Positions 27,913 to 37,738 of a DNA stretch of 58,050 bases are shown here, in pieces. The position numbers were made by a program, and so were the translations under genes. This DNA comes from a virus (taxonomy: Duplodnaviria; Caudoviricetes): IMG/VR virus record IMGVR_UViG_3300035670_000246, positions 1-58,050 of that record; one strand, given 5' to 3'. Position 1 is the stretch's first letter; each line of letters begins with the position of its first letter. A model generated the notes under the pieces. The model was not told the origin of the DNA. It saw only the letters and a program-made list of their open reading frames with translations, and ran no database searches.

Positions 27913-29112
27913 TTAAATGAAGTTCACGTGTTTCGGCAAGCTCCCCACAGGCTGTGGGTCAGCCCCTTTCCAAATGGCATCCAGCGCACGGTTCTGTGCC
28001 CCGAAGACGCATTTTTGACAGTGGACTAAGGGGTCAATGAGAGAGCGGACAGGCCTCCCATAAAGTTCATGAATCGTGTCCCAACGGCCAATGACGTACA
28101 CTTGGCCTCCTTGTGAGCGGTTGGCTTGGTCAAGCAGCGTGACCGAGTCGCAGGGCGTTACGTCACCCGAAGGCCACAACACGGGGTGCGAGTAGCCAAG
28201 CAGGCAGCAGGTGTGCGGTGAAGGCGGTTTGTACTGCACCATGATGCGCGGGTCAACCTCCAACGCCATCTGTTCTAGCTCGGTGCAACGCTCAGGGATT
28301 TTCTGAACTTCATAGCAGTTGGGTAACGCCCGGATGTATGTGAAGGGTTTGGTGCTGAGCAGTTCCTTCAACTTCTGTTTGATGAATGGCAGGCGGTCTC
28401 TGCCCCAGATGACCCGGGTTTCTTCTTCACCTGCGAGCAACGGAGTTTGCAAGTCTTCTGGGCGGCTGACTTTGCCATGTCGGTCTTTGGGGTCTAGGTA
28501 CTGATCGTGGTAAACCCAACTTCCCCCTAAAGCCGTTAGGTCTGGATTGATGTCAGGCACCTCCACTTCTTCCCCATGGTCCCAAGCACTCAGGGAGATT
28601 CGCAGCCACGTCAGTTTGTCCAAGGTTTCAGGACTGACGGTTTTCCACGATTTGCGCCCGCAAGGGTACTCCACCATGTTTTTGAGACCATTGCTGATCA
28701 GGCCAATCTGCAACCCTTTACCATGAAGTAGGCTGACCAAGTCGTTGAAATCAGCGCCACAGGATTTGTCCCGAAAGAGGATCGGATTTCCACCACCGCT
28801 CAGGATGACCGCTTTCAAACCAAGAGGGATTAACTGGTCAACATACACTTCGATCTGGTGCATGGTGAGTGAGTCTCCTTGACGGTTGGCTGTAGAGCAG
28901 AAGGCACATTTATGCTGGCAGGTGTCTGAAACAAATATGCCGCTCACTTTTGGAACACCGCGACCTTGATGGAGCCCGTCGATGATGTCACGGTGCCATG
29001 GTATTTTTGATGAAGTGCTGGTGAACTCGTTCAAGAGTTCTTTCATGGATTCGGGGGTCTCGTGATTACACGAGGCATTTCCACCGGGAAGCGGTTCAAG
29101 AGAAGGGTTCAT
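27913..29112 (-). CDS. Radical SAM enzyme with C-terminal SPASM/twitch-like Cys motifs
   Basis: CQHKCAFC (CxxxCxxC), LSGGGNP, SNG; CC..GDVTPC..CQKC. Confidence 0.9.
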   Translation of the reverse strand: MNPSLEPLPGGNASCNHETPESMKELLNEFTSTSSKIPWHRDIIDGLHQGRGVPKVSGIFVSDTCQHKCAFCSTANRQGDSLTMHQIEVYVDQLIPLGLKAVILSGGGNPILFRDKSCGADFNDLVSLLHGKGLQIGLISNGLKNMVEYPCGRKSWKTVSPETLDKLTWLRISLSAWDHGEEVEVPDINPDLTALGGSWVYHDQYLDPKDRHGKVSRPEDLQTPLLAGEEETRVIWGRDRLPFIKQKLKELLSTKPFTYIRALPNCYEVQKIPERCTELEQMALEVDPRIMVQYKPPSPHTCCLLGYSHPVLWPSGDVTPCDSVTLLDQANRSQGGQVYVIGRWDTIHELYGRPVRSLIDPLVHCQKCVFGAQNRALDAIWKGADPQPVGSLPKHVNFI

Positions 29113-29696
29113 AGTGCTTTCTGTGCCCACATTTCGAGTGAGAATTTGCGACGGTTGAGGTGCTGGGCCATCTCCCAGAAAGAAGGGACGCCGTAGTCAC
29201 CGACGTTTCCCTTTCCGACGTTGTGGACGAGGTGGGAAGGAAACCCCGCACGGACGAAGTGCGCCCACAAGGAGTCTTCCGTGAATATCTGGGCGTGCTG
29301 ATCGAACCAGAGGGCGGCCTCGAACCACGTCGGGATCGGGTTCGGCGGGTCACTCACCTCAAAGAGTTCCGGCCAGTTTTCATTGCGGTCGTCCGGGTAC
29401 ACGCTGCGGAAGTAGCTGGCGTCGGGAACGCTGACCAGGAAAACGCCCCCAGGCTTGAGCACACGCAGCACTTCGCGCATCACCTTCACGGCCTCACGGC
29501 AGTCCATGTGCTCCAGGACGTGGCTGCACAGACACCCGTCGAAAGTGTTGTCGTCGAACGGCAGTCTCTGTCGCAGGTCGTGACGGACAAAATTGGGCTC
29601 GTTGATCTCGTGACCACCACCTTCCCAGTTGTCCACGTTGATCCACTTGGAATCTTGGGGCCTTGTGCCTCCGCAGCCTAGGTTGATGATTTTCAC
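29109..29696 (-). CDS. Class I SAM-dependent methyltransferase
   Basis: INLGCGG, LPFDDNTFD, SHVLEH, RVLKPGG, SVPD; GTGA-coupled start. Confidence 0.85.
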   Translation of the reverse strand: MKIINLGCGGTRPQDSKWINVDNWEGGGHEINEPNFVRHDLRQRLPFDDNTFDGCLCSHVLEHMDCREAVKVMREVLRVLKPGGVFLVSVPDASYFRSVYPDDRNENWPELFEVSDPPNPIPTWFEAALWFDQHAQIFTEDSLWAHFVRAGFPSHLVHNVGKGNVGDYGVPSFWEMAQHLNRRKFSLEMWAQKAL

Positions 29697-30094
29697 GACA
29701 ACGTCCTCTGTTTGAGTTTGTACTGGCGCACCTCGGACTCGTCGGCGATCCCGGCAAGCAGGTTCTGCGTTCCCACCGAAGCCTTGGGCGACCCAATCTT
29801 GATGAGCTTGCACAAGGTGACCTCACAACCATACAGGCGCTCCATCAGTTTGACTGCGATAGTGTCTTTCACCTGAACTGCCGTTTCAGCAGCTTCCAAG
29901 GTGATCGCGTTGAGGTCCAGCTGCTCACCGAGGCCCTTCATGCGCTCGACCACGGCGTCGTAGGCGGATTGATAGTCTTCGTAGGCTTTCCCAAGGAACT
30001 TGTGGTCCTCGAAGAACGTGGACCCATGCGTTTCAATGTGCGCACGGTGCGCGATGAACTGCATGGTGCGGAGATAAACGGCGATGGCTTTCAT
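29693..30094 (-). CDS. Ferritin/Dps-like protein
   Basis: AHRAH..HGSTFFEDHKFL..YDAVVERMKGLG resembles the Dps ferroxidase motif. Confidence 0.7.
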   Translation of the reverse strand: MKAIAVYLRTMQFIAHRAHIETHGSTFFEDHKFLGKAYEDYQSAYDAVVERMKGLGEQLDLNAITLEAAETAVQVKDTIAVKLMERLYGCEVTLCKLIKIGSPKASVGTQNLLAGIADESEVRQYKLKQRTLS

Positions 30095-30813
30095 ACGTGC
30101 TCAGTGTGGTCGAGAAGCGGGGAGTAGTCCAGCCCGGTGATGGCGCTGGCCTCGTCAAAGTGGGCTTTCTGCTGCTCCAGCGTCAGCGGGCGCAGGTCAA
30201 CGCCGGGGTTGGGGTAAGGCAGTTCCTGGGAGAACGTGACAAGCCTTCTCGCCTTCTTCCGGATGAAGATGGTGAGTCCGTTGTCGGAGTGCAGGTCGAG
30301 GCGCTGCCAGTCCCTCTCCTTGAACAGGTTGGGCTGGTCCACGAACAACCGGGGTCCGACGCAGTTCTCGACATCGTCAAACGCGACGAACGTGGCTCCG
30401 CGCTCCACGGCTTTCCAGGTGTCGTTGAGGCATGCCTCATGGCTGTGCCAAGCATCAATGTAAGCAAAGTCCACTGTTTCGGGCCACACTGCGCCATCGT
30501 GCGTGTCGCCATCGTGGAACCGGACCCACTCGCGCACACCGAGGACGGTGAGATTTTCCTCAGCGTGCTGCTTTGGGGTCTTGTCGCCGAGGATTTGCGC
30601 ATGCTCCAGGAGAGACCAGTTGTCGATGGCGTGAACGACGCCAAAGTTGTTCTCCTGACACGCCTTCGCCATCCACGCCGCAGACAAGCCCCGGTAGGTG
30701 CCGCAATCGACAAGGTGGTTCGGCTTGAGGGCGCGGGCGAAACTGTACAGGATTCGCGGAGAGTCGTAGTTCCAGGTGGCGTAAACCTTGTTGACGTTGT
30801 CGAAGAAACTCAT
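30091..30813 (-). CDS. SAM-dependent methyltransferase (Methyltransf_24-like)
   Basis: VDCGTYRGLS, AIDNW, DFAYIDAWH, AFDD. Confidence 0.85.
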   Translation of the reverse strand: MSFFDNVNKVYATWNYDSPRILYSFARALKPNHLVDCGTYRGLSAAWMAKACQENNFGVVHAIDNWSLLEHAQILGDKTPKQHAEENLTVLGVREWVRFHDGDTHDGAVWPETVDFAYIDAWHSHEACLNDTWKAVERGATFVAFDDVENCVGPRLFVDQPNLFKERDWQRLDLHSDNGLTIFIRKKARRLVTFSQELPYPNPGVDLRPLTLEQQKAHFDEASAITGLDYSPLLDHTEHV

Positions 30814-31046
30814 GCTTGGTGGTCTTGAATCGCTTTCTTGAGCGCCCGCCTTTCCTTCTTGGACATGCGGGTGCGTTTGAGGATGTTGCCGTCAGGCCCC
30901 AGTTTGCGCAAGCTGCGAGTCCGGGGATCGAAGACGTAGGGCGTGCCGTCCGCCGAGACGCCTCCGATGCCGGAGATCGTCTTGATGGGGCGTGGTGAGT
31001 CGATGACGATGACGATGTCGTTGAGTTCAGAATAATTGGCGGTCAT
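30810..31046 (-). CDS. Small hypothetical protein
   Basis: ATGA-coupled at both ends; basic C-terminus. Confidence 0.55.
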   Translation of the reverse strand: MTANYSELNDIVIVIDSPRPIKTISGIGGVSADGTPYVFDPRTRSLRKLGPDGNILKRTRMSKKERRALKKAIQDHQA

Positions 31047-31822
31047 ATCCTTGGCTGGTGTGAAATCCACATGTCTTTGGTGACACCGGGTTCCAAGGCC
31101 TCGTAAATGGCGATGTCCTCGGTGTTCTGCTCCGGCTCCTTGGCCCGGTAAAAGTGTGAGTAGTGGTCAATGAACGGACCCGTGTCCAGGTTGGCCCGGT
31201 TGAACTTGGGCTCGGACCACGTGCGGGTGTCCTTCAGCAGCTCGTGCATCTTCCGTTCAGGGTCGTAGCACAGCCACTTGGACTGCTTGAGGCACCGGAG
31301 CTGCCAGTCAGGCTCCCCGACGCCTTCGTTCCAGTTCTGGCACGGGCGGTCCCATTCACCAGGAGCACCGAACCAGTGACGACGCGAGAGACACAACGCC
31401 AGTGAGCCCTCGCGGTCGGCCTTGGCGATCTGCTCACGCAACGTCGCGTGTTGGTCAATCACCCCATGCTGCGTGACCGTGAGGTCCGGGGTCAGCGTGT
31501 CGGGGAACTTGCCAGTGCCTGTCACCGAGAGGTGCGGAACCGTGGGCCACAGGCGTTCATCCGCGTCGGCGAGGACCAGCCAGTCACACTTGGAGTAGCT
31601 GATGCAGCGGGTGCGCAGGACACCGAAACCACGGGAGATGGTGTCGAAGATCAGCCGGTGCCCGGACTTCCTCGCGATCTCAATGGTCTGTTCGTCAGGT
31701 GGGGTGCCGTCAGGCGGTGACGAGACGAGCACGACCTCGTCGAACATCTTCTCAGCGCATTCGATGAAGCCGGGGAGCGCGTGAGGCTCGGCGTGGAAGT
31801 GACAGACGGTGCCGAGGGTCAT
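31043..31822 (-). CDS. Glycosyltransferase family 2-like
   Basis: CDWLVLADADE, PDWQLR, MHE motifs. Confidence 0.8.
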   Translation of the reverse strand: MTLGTVCHFHAEPHALPGFIECAEKMFDEVVLVSSPPDGTPPDEQTIEIARKSGHRLIFDTISRGFGVLRTRCISYSKCDWLVLADADERLWPTVPHLSVTGTGKFPDTLTPDLTVTQHGVIDQHATLREQIAKADREGSLALCLSRRHWFGAPGEWDRPCQNWNEGVGEPDWQLRCLKQSKWLCYDPERKMHELLKDTRTWSEPKFNRANLDTGPFIDHYSHFYRAKEPEQNTEDIAIYEALEPGVTKDMWISHQPRI

Positions 31823-32493
31823 ACCCGGGTAAACTGAATGAACCCGCAGGACTTATGCACGATCTCGGACGCAGGTTTGATTCCGGGGTAGTGCCACGAC
31901 CCTGTGATGGGGCCTTCTTTGAGAGGTGTGACAGAGCGCAGCAGGTCCATCCACCATTCGAGCGGCTGGGCGTTCACATGGCTGGGGTCCGCGTTGTCCT
32001 CATCACGGAGATATGGACCGTTCGGGTGCCACGTGAGGGGGACGATCAACAGAAGGTTTTTGCGGGTGGCTACGACCAGTTTTTCAAGCAGCGCGGTCAG
32101 CTCCGCGAGAGGGATGTGCTCGGCAACATCCTTCAGGAGCACGTGGTCCCAATGTTCCACGAGCACCTTGGGGTCACTGCTCACGTATCCGCGAACAGCC
32201 TCGTCACAGTGTGAGACGGCGTAGGTACTCACGTCATACCCGTGGGCGTTGACGCCGCGCATGCGGAGGGCTTTGACCAGGAATCCTTTCGCACAGCCCA
32301 CGTCGAGAAATGTGTCGCCGTCCTTGATGTGAAGCAGGCGCTTGAGCCAGTCCGCCATCGGGAGGGTCAGGTCCGGCAGCCAACGGTAGTCCCGGTAGTT
32401 CGACTTGCCGGTGGCCGGGCCGTTCTCGTAATAGTCCTGATCGTAAAACGAGCCTGACGGACGCGTCAGGATTTCGGTGGGAGGTTCGTCCAT
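31819..32493 (-). CDS. Class I SAM-dependent methyltransferase
   Basis: FLDVGCAKGFLV, GYDVS, DVAEH, DPSHVN. Confidence 0.85.
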   Translation of the reverse strand: MDEPPTEILTRPSGSFYDQDYYENGPATGKSNYRDYRWLPDLTLPMADWLKRLLHIKDGDTFLDVGCAKGFLVKALRMRGVNAHGYDVSTYAVSHCDEAVRGYVSSDPKVLVEHWDHVLLKDVAEHIPLAELTALLEKLVVATRKNLLLIVPLTWHPNGPYLRDEDNADPSHVNAQPLEWWMDLLRSVTPLKEGPITGSWHYPGIKPASEIVHKSCGFIQFTRV

Positions 32494-32543
32494 TTCCGTG
32501 ACATATAGCCTTGACGGGCCGCCGTGGTCAAGCATAATTCGGC

Positions 32544-32726
32544 ATGGCAAAGAAAAAGACACTCTCCCGGCAACGACGCTGGCAGATCAGAATGCGCGAG
32601 GAAGGGCGCTGCCCGATGTGCGGCAGTCCGTCCGAGGAAGGTTACAAGAGCGGGCTGTGCAAGAAACACCGTCTGGTCAACCGCAACCGTCAGCGTGAAC
32701 GGAAACTCAAGGACGTGGAGATTTAA
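32544..32726 (+). CDS. Small Zn-finger protein (CxxC...CxxH)
   Basis: SRQRRWQ..CPMCG..LCKKH; preceded by TTGACG-16-CATAAT. Confidence 0.65.
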   Translation: MAKKKTLSRQRRWQIRMREEGRCPMCGSPSEEGYKSGLCKKHRLVNRNRQRERKLKDVEI

Positions 32727-34600
32727 CCATAACCCCACCCGCCCGCGTCACTGATGGTCTCGACCGGCATCAGTGACGTGCTGCGGCGGGCGTTCAGGTC
32801 AACGGCAGGGAACAGAGACTGGCTCCGTTGCGGTGTTGACCGCTTGGCCGCAGACTCAGTACTGCTGAGGTTGTGGCGCATGCGGGCGACGTGAAGGCAC
32901 AGAAACACCGAGTCCGCGATGTCCGGTGACTTCTTGGTGCGCAGTTTCATGTCGTCCTTGCTCTCGACTTTCACCACGCCGGAGGTTTCCTCATACGTGC
33001 GGGCCACCATTTCCGTCACGATGTCAGGTTGAATCCCTTTGAACTGCCCGGAGCGGATCAACTCTTTGCCGACGTACCACAATTCGCTGACCATGTTCTT
33101 GAACCGTTCACGGCCTTTGCGTGTGTCCGTTTTGGAGACGGGGCGGTCGGACGCTTTCCCGGCAAACTGGACGTTCAGAAACCCGATGCCGAGATCACGT
33201 GCAACCAGGGCGCTGAAGGGTTCGCCACCACCCGTGGCGTCAATGGCTAGGTTGCGCACGTCAACGCCGTGTTCCTTCATCTTCTCCTTGGCGAGCTTCA
33301 CCACCCACTCCGTCTTGGACATGGCGGTGTTGGTCATGTCGAGATCAAGCACATAGAACTTCTGCACCTCGAACACTTTCTGCGTGACCCCCGTGTCCAC
33401 GGACTGCGCCCACCCGACCTTCCCGATGGTCAGCACCGCCCGGTCACCACCATGAGTGAACGCGGGGTCGAGACCTGCCACAAGCACGGGTGCCTCGGTC
33501 CAGGTGCGGACCTTGGAATCAGCCCGATATTGAATGACCTCGGCTTCCGAGTAGATCGAGTCCACGCTGCCGGTGGCGCTCCACCAGCCGCGCACCATCG
33601 AATAGTAGGTTGGCGTGGTGCAACCGAGACCACCGTACTGCTTGATCTCGTCGATAGAGAGAAGGCCCTTCCACTTCTTGTAACCGGCAACGACGTTGGG
33701 AGATTTCTCGCCGTCAAAACGGATGCAGTAACCTTTCTTGCCGAATGGCTCAATGATCGTCTCCCACTCCGTGTCGGACTCCGTGACGGAATGCCAGCCG
33801 TTGGCGGGTTTGGAGATGACACCCCCTGGAGAATAGTAGCTCGTCGGGTTGAACGACGCCAGCAGGTAAACGGTGTTGTTGGAGGACAAATTGCCGAAGA
33901 TGGTGTTGACGAGGCTGTGCTCCAACGTGTCAAACTCATCGCCGACCACCACCATGATCGGGGCCTTGGTTCCTTGCACCTTGTCCGACGACTCTTTTGA
34001 GCTGGACTTCTCCCCCGGCACCAACGCGAGCCCACGAAGCTCGTGCTTCACTCCATTGTTCTCGTAGCGGATGATGTTCTTGGAGTCCATCAATCTGCCC
34101 GGCAATCGCTCTTCTCCGCCGAAAAACCTCGCAAGATGTTGCCATATCAGCTTCACTTTGCCCCACACTTTTTGTTGTGCGGCGGCAATGGTGGTGGAGG
34201 TGACGATCACTTTCACGTCTTCCGGGAACAGCCAGAACATCATGACCCCGATCATGGCTATGGTCTCCGTTTTGGACGACGAAGCGTGTCCCGCGATGGA
34301 GAGAATCCTTTTCTCACGGAATTTCTTGAGGATGCGGATGGCGTTGGGGTTCCACTCGAAATGGTAGATGCCGTCTGGGTTGCCGAAGATGGCCCTCACC
34401 AGACGGGCGAAGTGCTCGGCCCACGGCATCATCTTGAAGTCCGGCCGCTGTTTTTCGAGCTGCTCTTTGAACTCGTCATATTTTATGCACATGTTGCGCT
34501 CAATGTACCAGTCCGGCGCTGGCACGAGACGGCCCTGCATGTCCGGGACCGGGTTCCACGACAGGCCATATTTATCGACTTTCAGATTCTTGGGACTCAT
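32723..34600 (-). CDS. terL: Terminase large subunit
   Basis: Walker A-like AGHASSSKT, Walker B VVVGDE, coupling SFNP, nuclease GLDPA / IDATG / KSPDIADS; ATGA-coupled start at 34600. Confidence 0.85.
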   Translation of the reverse strand: MSPKNLKVDKYGLSWNPVPDMQGRLVPAPDWYIERNMCIKYDEFKEQLEKQRPDFKMMPWAEHFARLVRAIFGNPDGIYHFEWNPNAIRILKKFREKRILSIAGHASSSKTETIAMIGVMMFWLFPEDVKVIVTSTTIAAAQQKVWGKVKLIWQHLARFFGGEERLPGRLMDSKNIIRYENNGVKHELRGLALVPGEKSSSKESSDKVQGTKAPIMVVVGDEFDTLEHSLVNTIFGNLSSNNTVYLLASFNPTSYYSPGGVISKPANGWHSVTESDTEWETIIEPFGKKGYCIRFDGEKSPNVVAGYKKWKGLLSIDEIKQYGGLGCTTPTYYSMVRGWWSATGSVDSIYSEAEVIQYRADSKVRTWTEAPVLVAGLDPAFTHGGDRAVLTIGKVGWAQSVDTGVTQKVFEVQKFYVLDLDMTNTAMSKTEWVVKLAKEKMKEHGVDVRNLAIDATGGGEPFSALVARDLGIGFLNVQFAGKASDRPVSKTDTRKGRERFKNMVSELWYVGKELIRSGQFKGIQPDIVTEMVARTYEETSGVVKVESKDDMKLRTKKSPDIADSVFLCLHVARMRHNLSSTESAAKRSTPQRSQSLFPAVDLNARRSTSLMPVETISDAGGWGYG

Positions 34601-35043
34601 GCCTTTCGGTGTTTCTTCCAGTAGCGCCACCTCACCGTGCGCAGGGTGACTTTCATCTCAGCCGCGATGTCCTTGTGCGGCCTTGTCCAGTCCATCGCCG
34701 CCCACGCCTCCTCCTTGCTGACTCGCGGAGGTTTGCCGACCGTGCGACGACGCCACCTCACGGTGCCCGGTTCGACGCCCATCTGGTCGGCGATCACTTG
34801 CACAGGGAGGGACCAGTCGATGTTTTTCCAGTCCTCCGCCGACGTGTAATGCTTGACCGTGCCGTCCCGCCGTCTCCGGTTCTCCTTGGCCTTGGCGCGG
34901 TGCTCTTTGCAGAGCGGGGAGCCATCCGGCACCGGTTTGGCGCACTTGATGCATTTCCTCATGGCAAACTGCCGGAGCTGCCACCGACGCTGCCGGGAGA
35001 CTCCGACACGGGGTTTGGCCTGTGGCTTTTTGCGTTGATCCAT
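34597..35043 (-). CDS. Zn-finger plus tandem HTH DNA-binding protein
   Basis: SRQRRWQ..CIKC..LCKEH, then two DW..IA..M.V...TVRWR repeats. Confidence 0.7.
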   Translation of the reverse strand: MDQRKKPQAKPRVGVSRQRRWQLRQFAMRKCIKCAKPVPDGSPLCKEHRAKAKENRRRRDGTVKHYTSAEDWKNIDWSLPVQVIADQMGVEPGTVRWRRRTVGKPPRVSKEEAWAAMDWTRPHKDIAAEMKVTLRTVRWRYWKKHRKA

Positions 35044-35128
35044 GAATTTGCGACTATATAGAAATACTTCTTGACGGTGCAACTAACAACAGCATTGATC
35101 TTTATTCCAGAAAATCTTACTGTCGGGA

Positions 35129-37390
35129 ATGATCTCCTCCGCAAGCGCATCACCCACTCTTCCCGCTTCCCTCCCTTCCGTTGTCGATGAGGAGGGCGAA
35201 ATCATCGAACGTGGCCGGGTCAAGTCGGCTGCCGCCCTTGCGGGGCTTTACCAGTATCTCTTCACCTCGGACCTCGGCTCCAGTCGTGCCCGTGCGAAGG
35301 TGCAGAGTCAGGTGGACGGTGACCCTCCTTTCAACTCAGACCAGGATCGCCTGCTAGGCCTGGGTGGGCGCACCAACGCCAACTGGGGCTATGCCAGCCA
35401 GTCGCAACAGGACATCGAGCGCCCCTACAACGACGTGTTCGATTCGATTGACGTGTTCGGCACCACGCCGCTCAAGGCGGATTACGCCGACGAACTGGCA
35501 CGCCAACAGTGGGCACCGATCATCGCGGAAGAGATCAGCCGCATGATCCGCAACTGGCCTGAGTTCACGTTCAACCGGCAGATGTGCGTCCACCTGTTCA
35601 CCATGTTCGGCGTGGCTTTCACCTACCGTGAGGACAAATACGACTGGCGCTGGAAAGTCACGTCGCTCCAATGGCTGAAGGTGCCGCGAAGGACACGGGC
35701 TTCCATCGAGGCGCAGGACTTCTTCTGCGCCCGAGACTACATGTCGCCGGTCGAGCTGGAGAAAAAGATCAGGAACCCCGAGGCGGCGGAGAAAGCAGGT
35801 TGGAACGTCAGGGCCGTGAGGGAAGCTATCCGCAGTGCTCAACCGACCGTCATCGACACGTCAAACCCGGAAACCCTGCAAGAGTCGGTCAAGGACCAGG
35901 ACTATTTCAGCGGTGCGGGAGCCATCACAGTGGACATCGTCCACGGCTGGGTCAAGGAGATGGACGGCTCCATCACTCACGTTATCGGGCGTTACGACGG
36001 TCAGGGGGACTTTCTATATAAGTGCGAGGGTCTTTATGAGAACATGTCGCAGTTCGTCACGGCCTACACGGACGGGGTCGGCAGCAACGGTGACTTCTAC
36101 AGCATCCGGGGCAACGCATGGCGTGGGTTCAACGGGTCTCTCTACCTGAACCTGCTCACCTGCAAGTTCGTGGACATGGCTTGCTGGTCGGCCACCCCCC
36201 ACCTGAAGGCGGACTCCGAGGACACCTTGATCGACCAGATGGTCCGGCCTATCGGGCCTTACAACCGCATCGGGTCCAACGTGGAGTTCGTGGAGCTGAA
36301 CCACATCCCGTTCCAGAACAACCTGATCCCGGCGATCCAACAGGTGCAGAACATCTTCCAGATGCGCTCGCGCCAAGCAGGTGGAGCCTATCGCTACACC
36401 AACAACGCCCCCAAGACCGCCGAAGAAATCAAGACCAACACGGCCATTGACGGTCAACTGACCACGGCTGGCATGGACCTGTATTTCGAGTCGTGGAAGA
36501 ACGACTTCAAGGAAGTGGTCCGCCGTGCGACCTGCCGTGAACTCTCTGCCGCGCATCCCGGGGGCGCTGAAGCCTTCAAGATGCGCAAACGGTGTGTCGC
36601 TCGTGGCGTGCCCCTCGAAGCCCTCTACAACATCGACATCGACGCCATCGAGATCAACCGTGGCGTCGGCAAAGGGTCTGCTCAGGAACGTCGGGCATCT
36701 TTTGATGCTCTCATGCCAAACATCGGCATGTACGACCCTAAAGGGCAGCAACTTCTGCTGCGTCAGTACACCGCCTCCTACGCCGGGATCAGCTTCGCCA
36801 ACCTCCTTGTTCCCGCCGAACCGGGGTCACGGCCACCCATTGACGTGCAAGTTGCCAACATGGAGAACTCCCTCATGGAGCTTGGGCAGCCTGCGGTCAT
36901 TGAGCCGAATCAGGATCACACGGTCCACGTGGCGACCCATCTCGCCAAGCTCTCGGAAATCAATGGTCAGCTCAGCCAGTTTCAAATCGAGTTTGCCCGG
37001 GCCATCGAACTCATGGGGCCGATCTGGCGTCACGCAGTGGAGCACATGGCTTACATCAGTCCGGAGAACCCGCTCTCCAAGACCTTCAAGGAGGCCCTTT
37101 CCGAGATCGAGGAAGTCGTCGTCAACGGGGAGAAAAAACTTGCCGCCGAGGCCCGACGCGCCGAGGAGCAGGCCGGTCAACAGGCCCCGGGCAGTGACGT
37201 TCCTCTCGGCATCCTGCGCCAGTCGGCTGACGCCGGGGCACGTCTGGAGATGCTCGACGTTCAGGCCAAGAGACAGCAGCTCGGGTTCGAGGCCGAGAAA
37301 CAGCGCCTTGAACTGGCGAAGAAGCAGCAGGACCTCGCTTTCAACGACGCCAAGATGGCGAACGAGATCAGGAAACAGACCGCAGGTTGA
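35129..37390 (+). CDS. Portal protein
   Basis: 753 aa, adjacent to TerL, KTAEEI motif, coiled-coil C-terminus, precedes scaffold and capsid. Confidence 0.75.
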   Translation: MISSASASPTLPASLPSVVDEEGEIIERGRVKSAAALAGLYQYLFTSDLGSSRARAKVQSQVDGDPPFNSDQDRLLGLGGRTNANWGYASQSQQDIERPYNDVFDSIDVFGTTPLKADYADELARQQWAPIIAEEISRMIRNWPEFTFNRQMCVHLFTMFGVAFTYREDKYDWRWKVTSLQWLKVPRRTRASIEAQDFFCARDYMSPVELEKKIRNPEAAEKAGWNVRAVREAIRSAQPTVIDTSNPETLQESVKDQDYFSGAGAITVDIVHGWVKEMDGSITHVIGRYDGQGDFLYKCEGLYENMSQFVTAYTDGVGSNGDFYSIRGNAWRGFNGSLYLNLLTCKFVDMACWSATPHLKADSEDTLIDQMVRPIGPYNRIGSNVEFVELNHIPFQNNLIPAIQQVQNIFQMRSRQAGGAYRYTNNAPKTAEEIKTNTAIDGQLTTAGMDLYFESWKNDFKEVVRRATCRELSAAHPGGAEAFKMRKRCVARGVPLEALYNIDIDAIEINRGVGKGSAQERRASFDALMPNIGMYDPKGQQLLLRQYTASYAGISFANLLVPAEPGSRPPIDVQVANMENSLMELGQPAVIEPNQDHTVHVATHLAKLSEINGQLSQFQIEFARAIELMGPIWRHAVEHMAYISPENPLSKTFKEALSEIEEVVVNGEKKLAAEARRAEEQAGQQAPGSDVPLGILRQSADAGARLEMLDVQAKRQQLGFEAEKQRLELAKKQQDLAFNDAKMANEIRKQTAG

Positions 37391-37396
37391 TTTTAC

Positions 37397-37732
37397 ATGA
37401 CCCACACCACCACTGAAGAAATCCAGGCTTTTCGGCAATCCGCCGAGCATCGCCAAAAACTGGCCGCGTTGCTGGCTGACCCGACTCTGCAACTGGCGTT
37501 GTCCATCATTCGCAAGTCAGCAGTGCCCAAGCCTCCAACCGATACGGAGACCAATCAACTCGCCGACATCTGTCTGGCTCGCCGCTACCTGCTCATGTCT
37601 GGCGTGAACCAGGGGCTCGACAAGCTCAACCTACTCACCCACCCCGTGCAGGCCAACGAGAACCTCGACTTGCTCATGGACAACGCCTACGACCACACCC
37701 TTCCCGCCCACCTTCGCACCCCAGCCAAATAA
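37397..37732 (+). CDS. Hypothetical head-module protein
   Basis: Small ORF between portal and scaffold. Confidence 0.65.
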   Translation: MTHTTTEEIQAFRQSAEHRQKLAALLADPTLQLALSIIRKSAVPKPPTDTETNQLADICLARRYLLMSGVNQGLDKLNLLTHPVQANENLDLLMDNAYDHTLPAHLRTPAK

Positions 37733-37738
37733 CACGCC

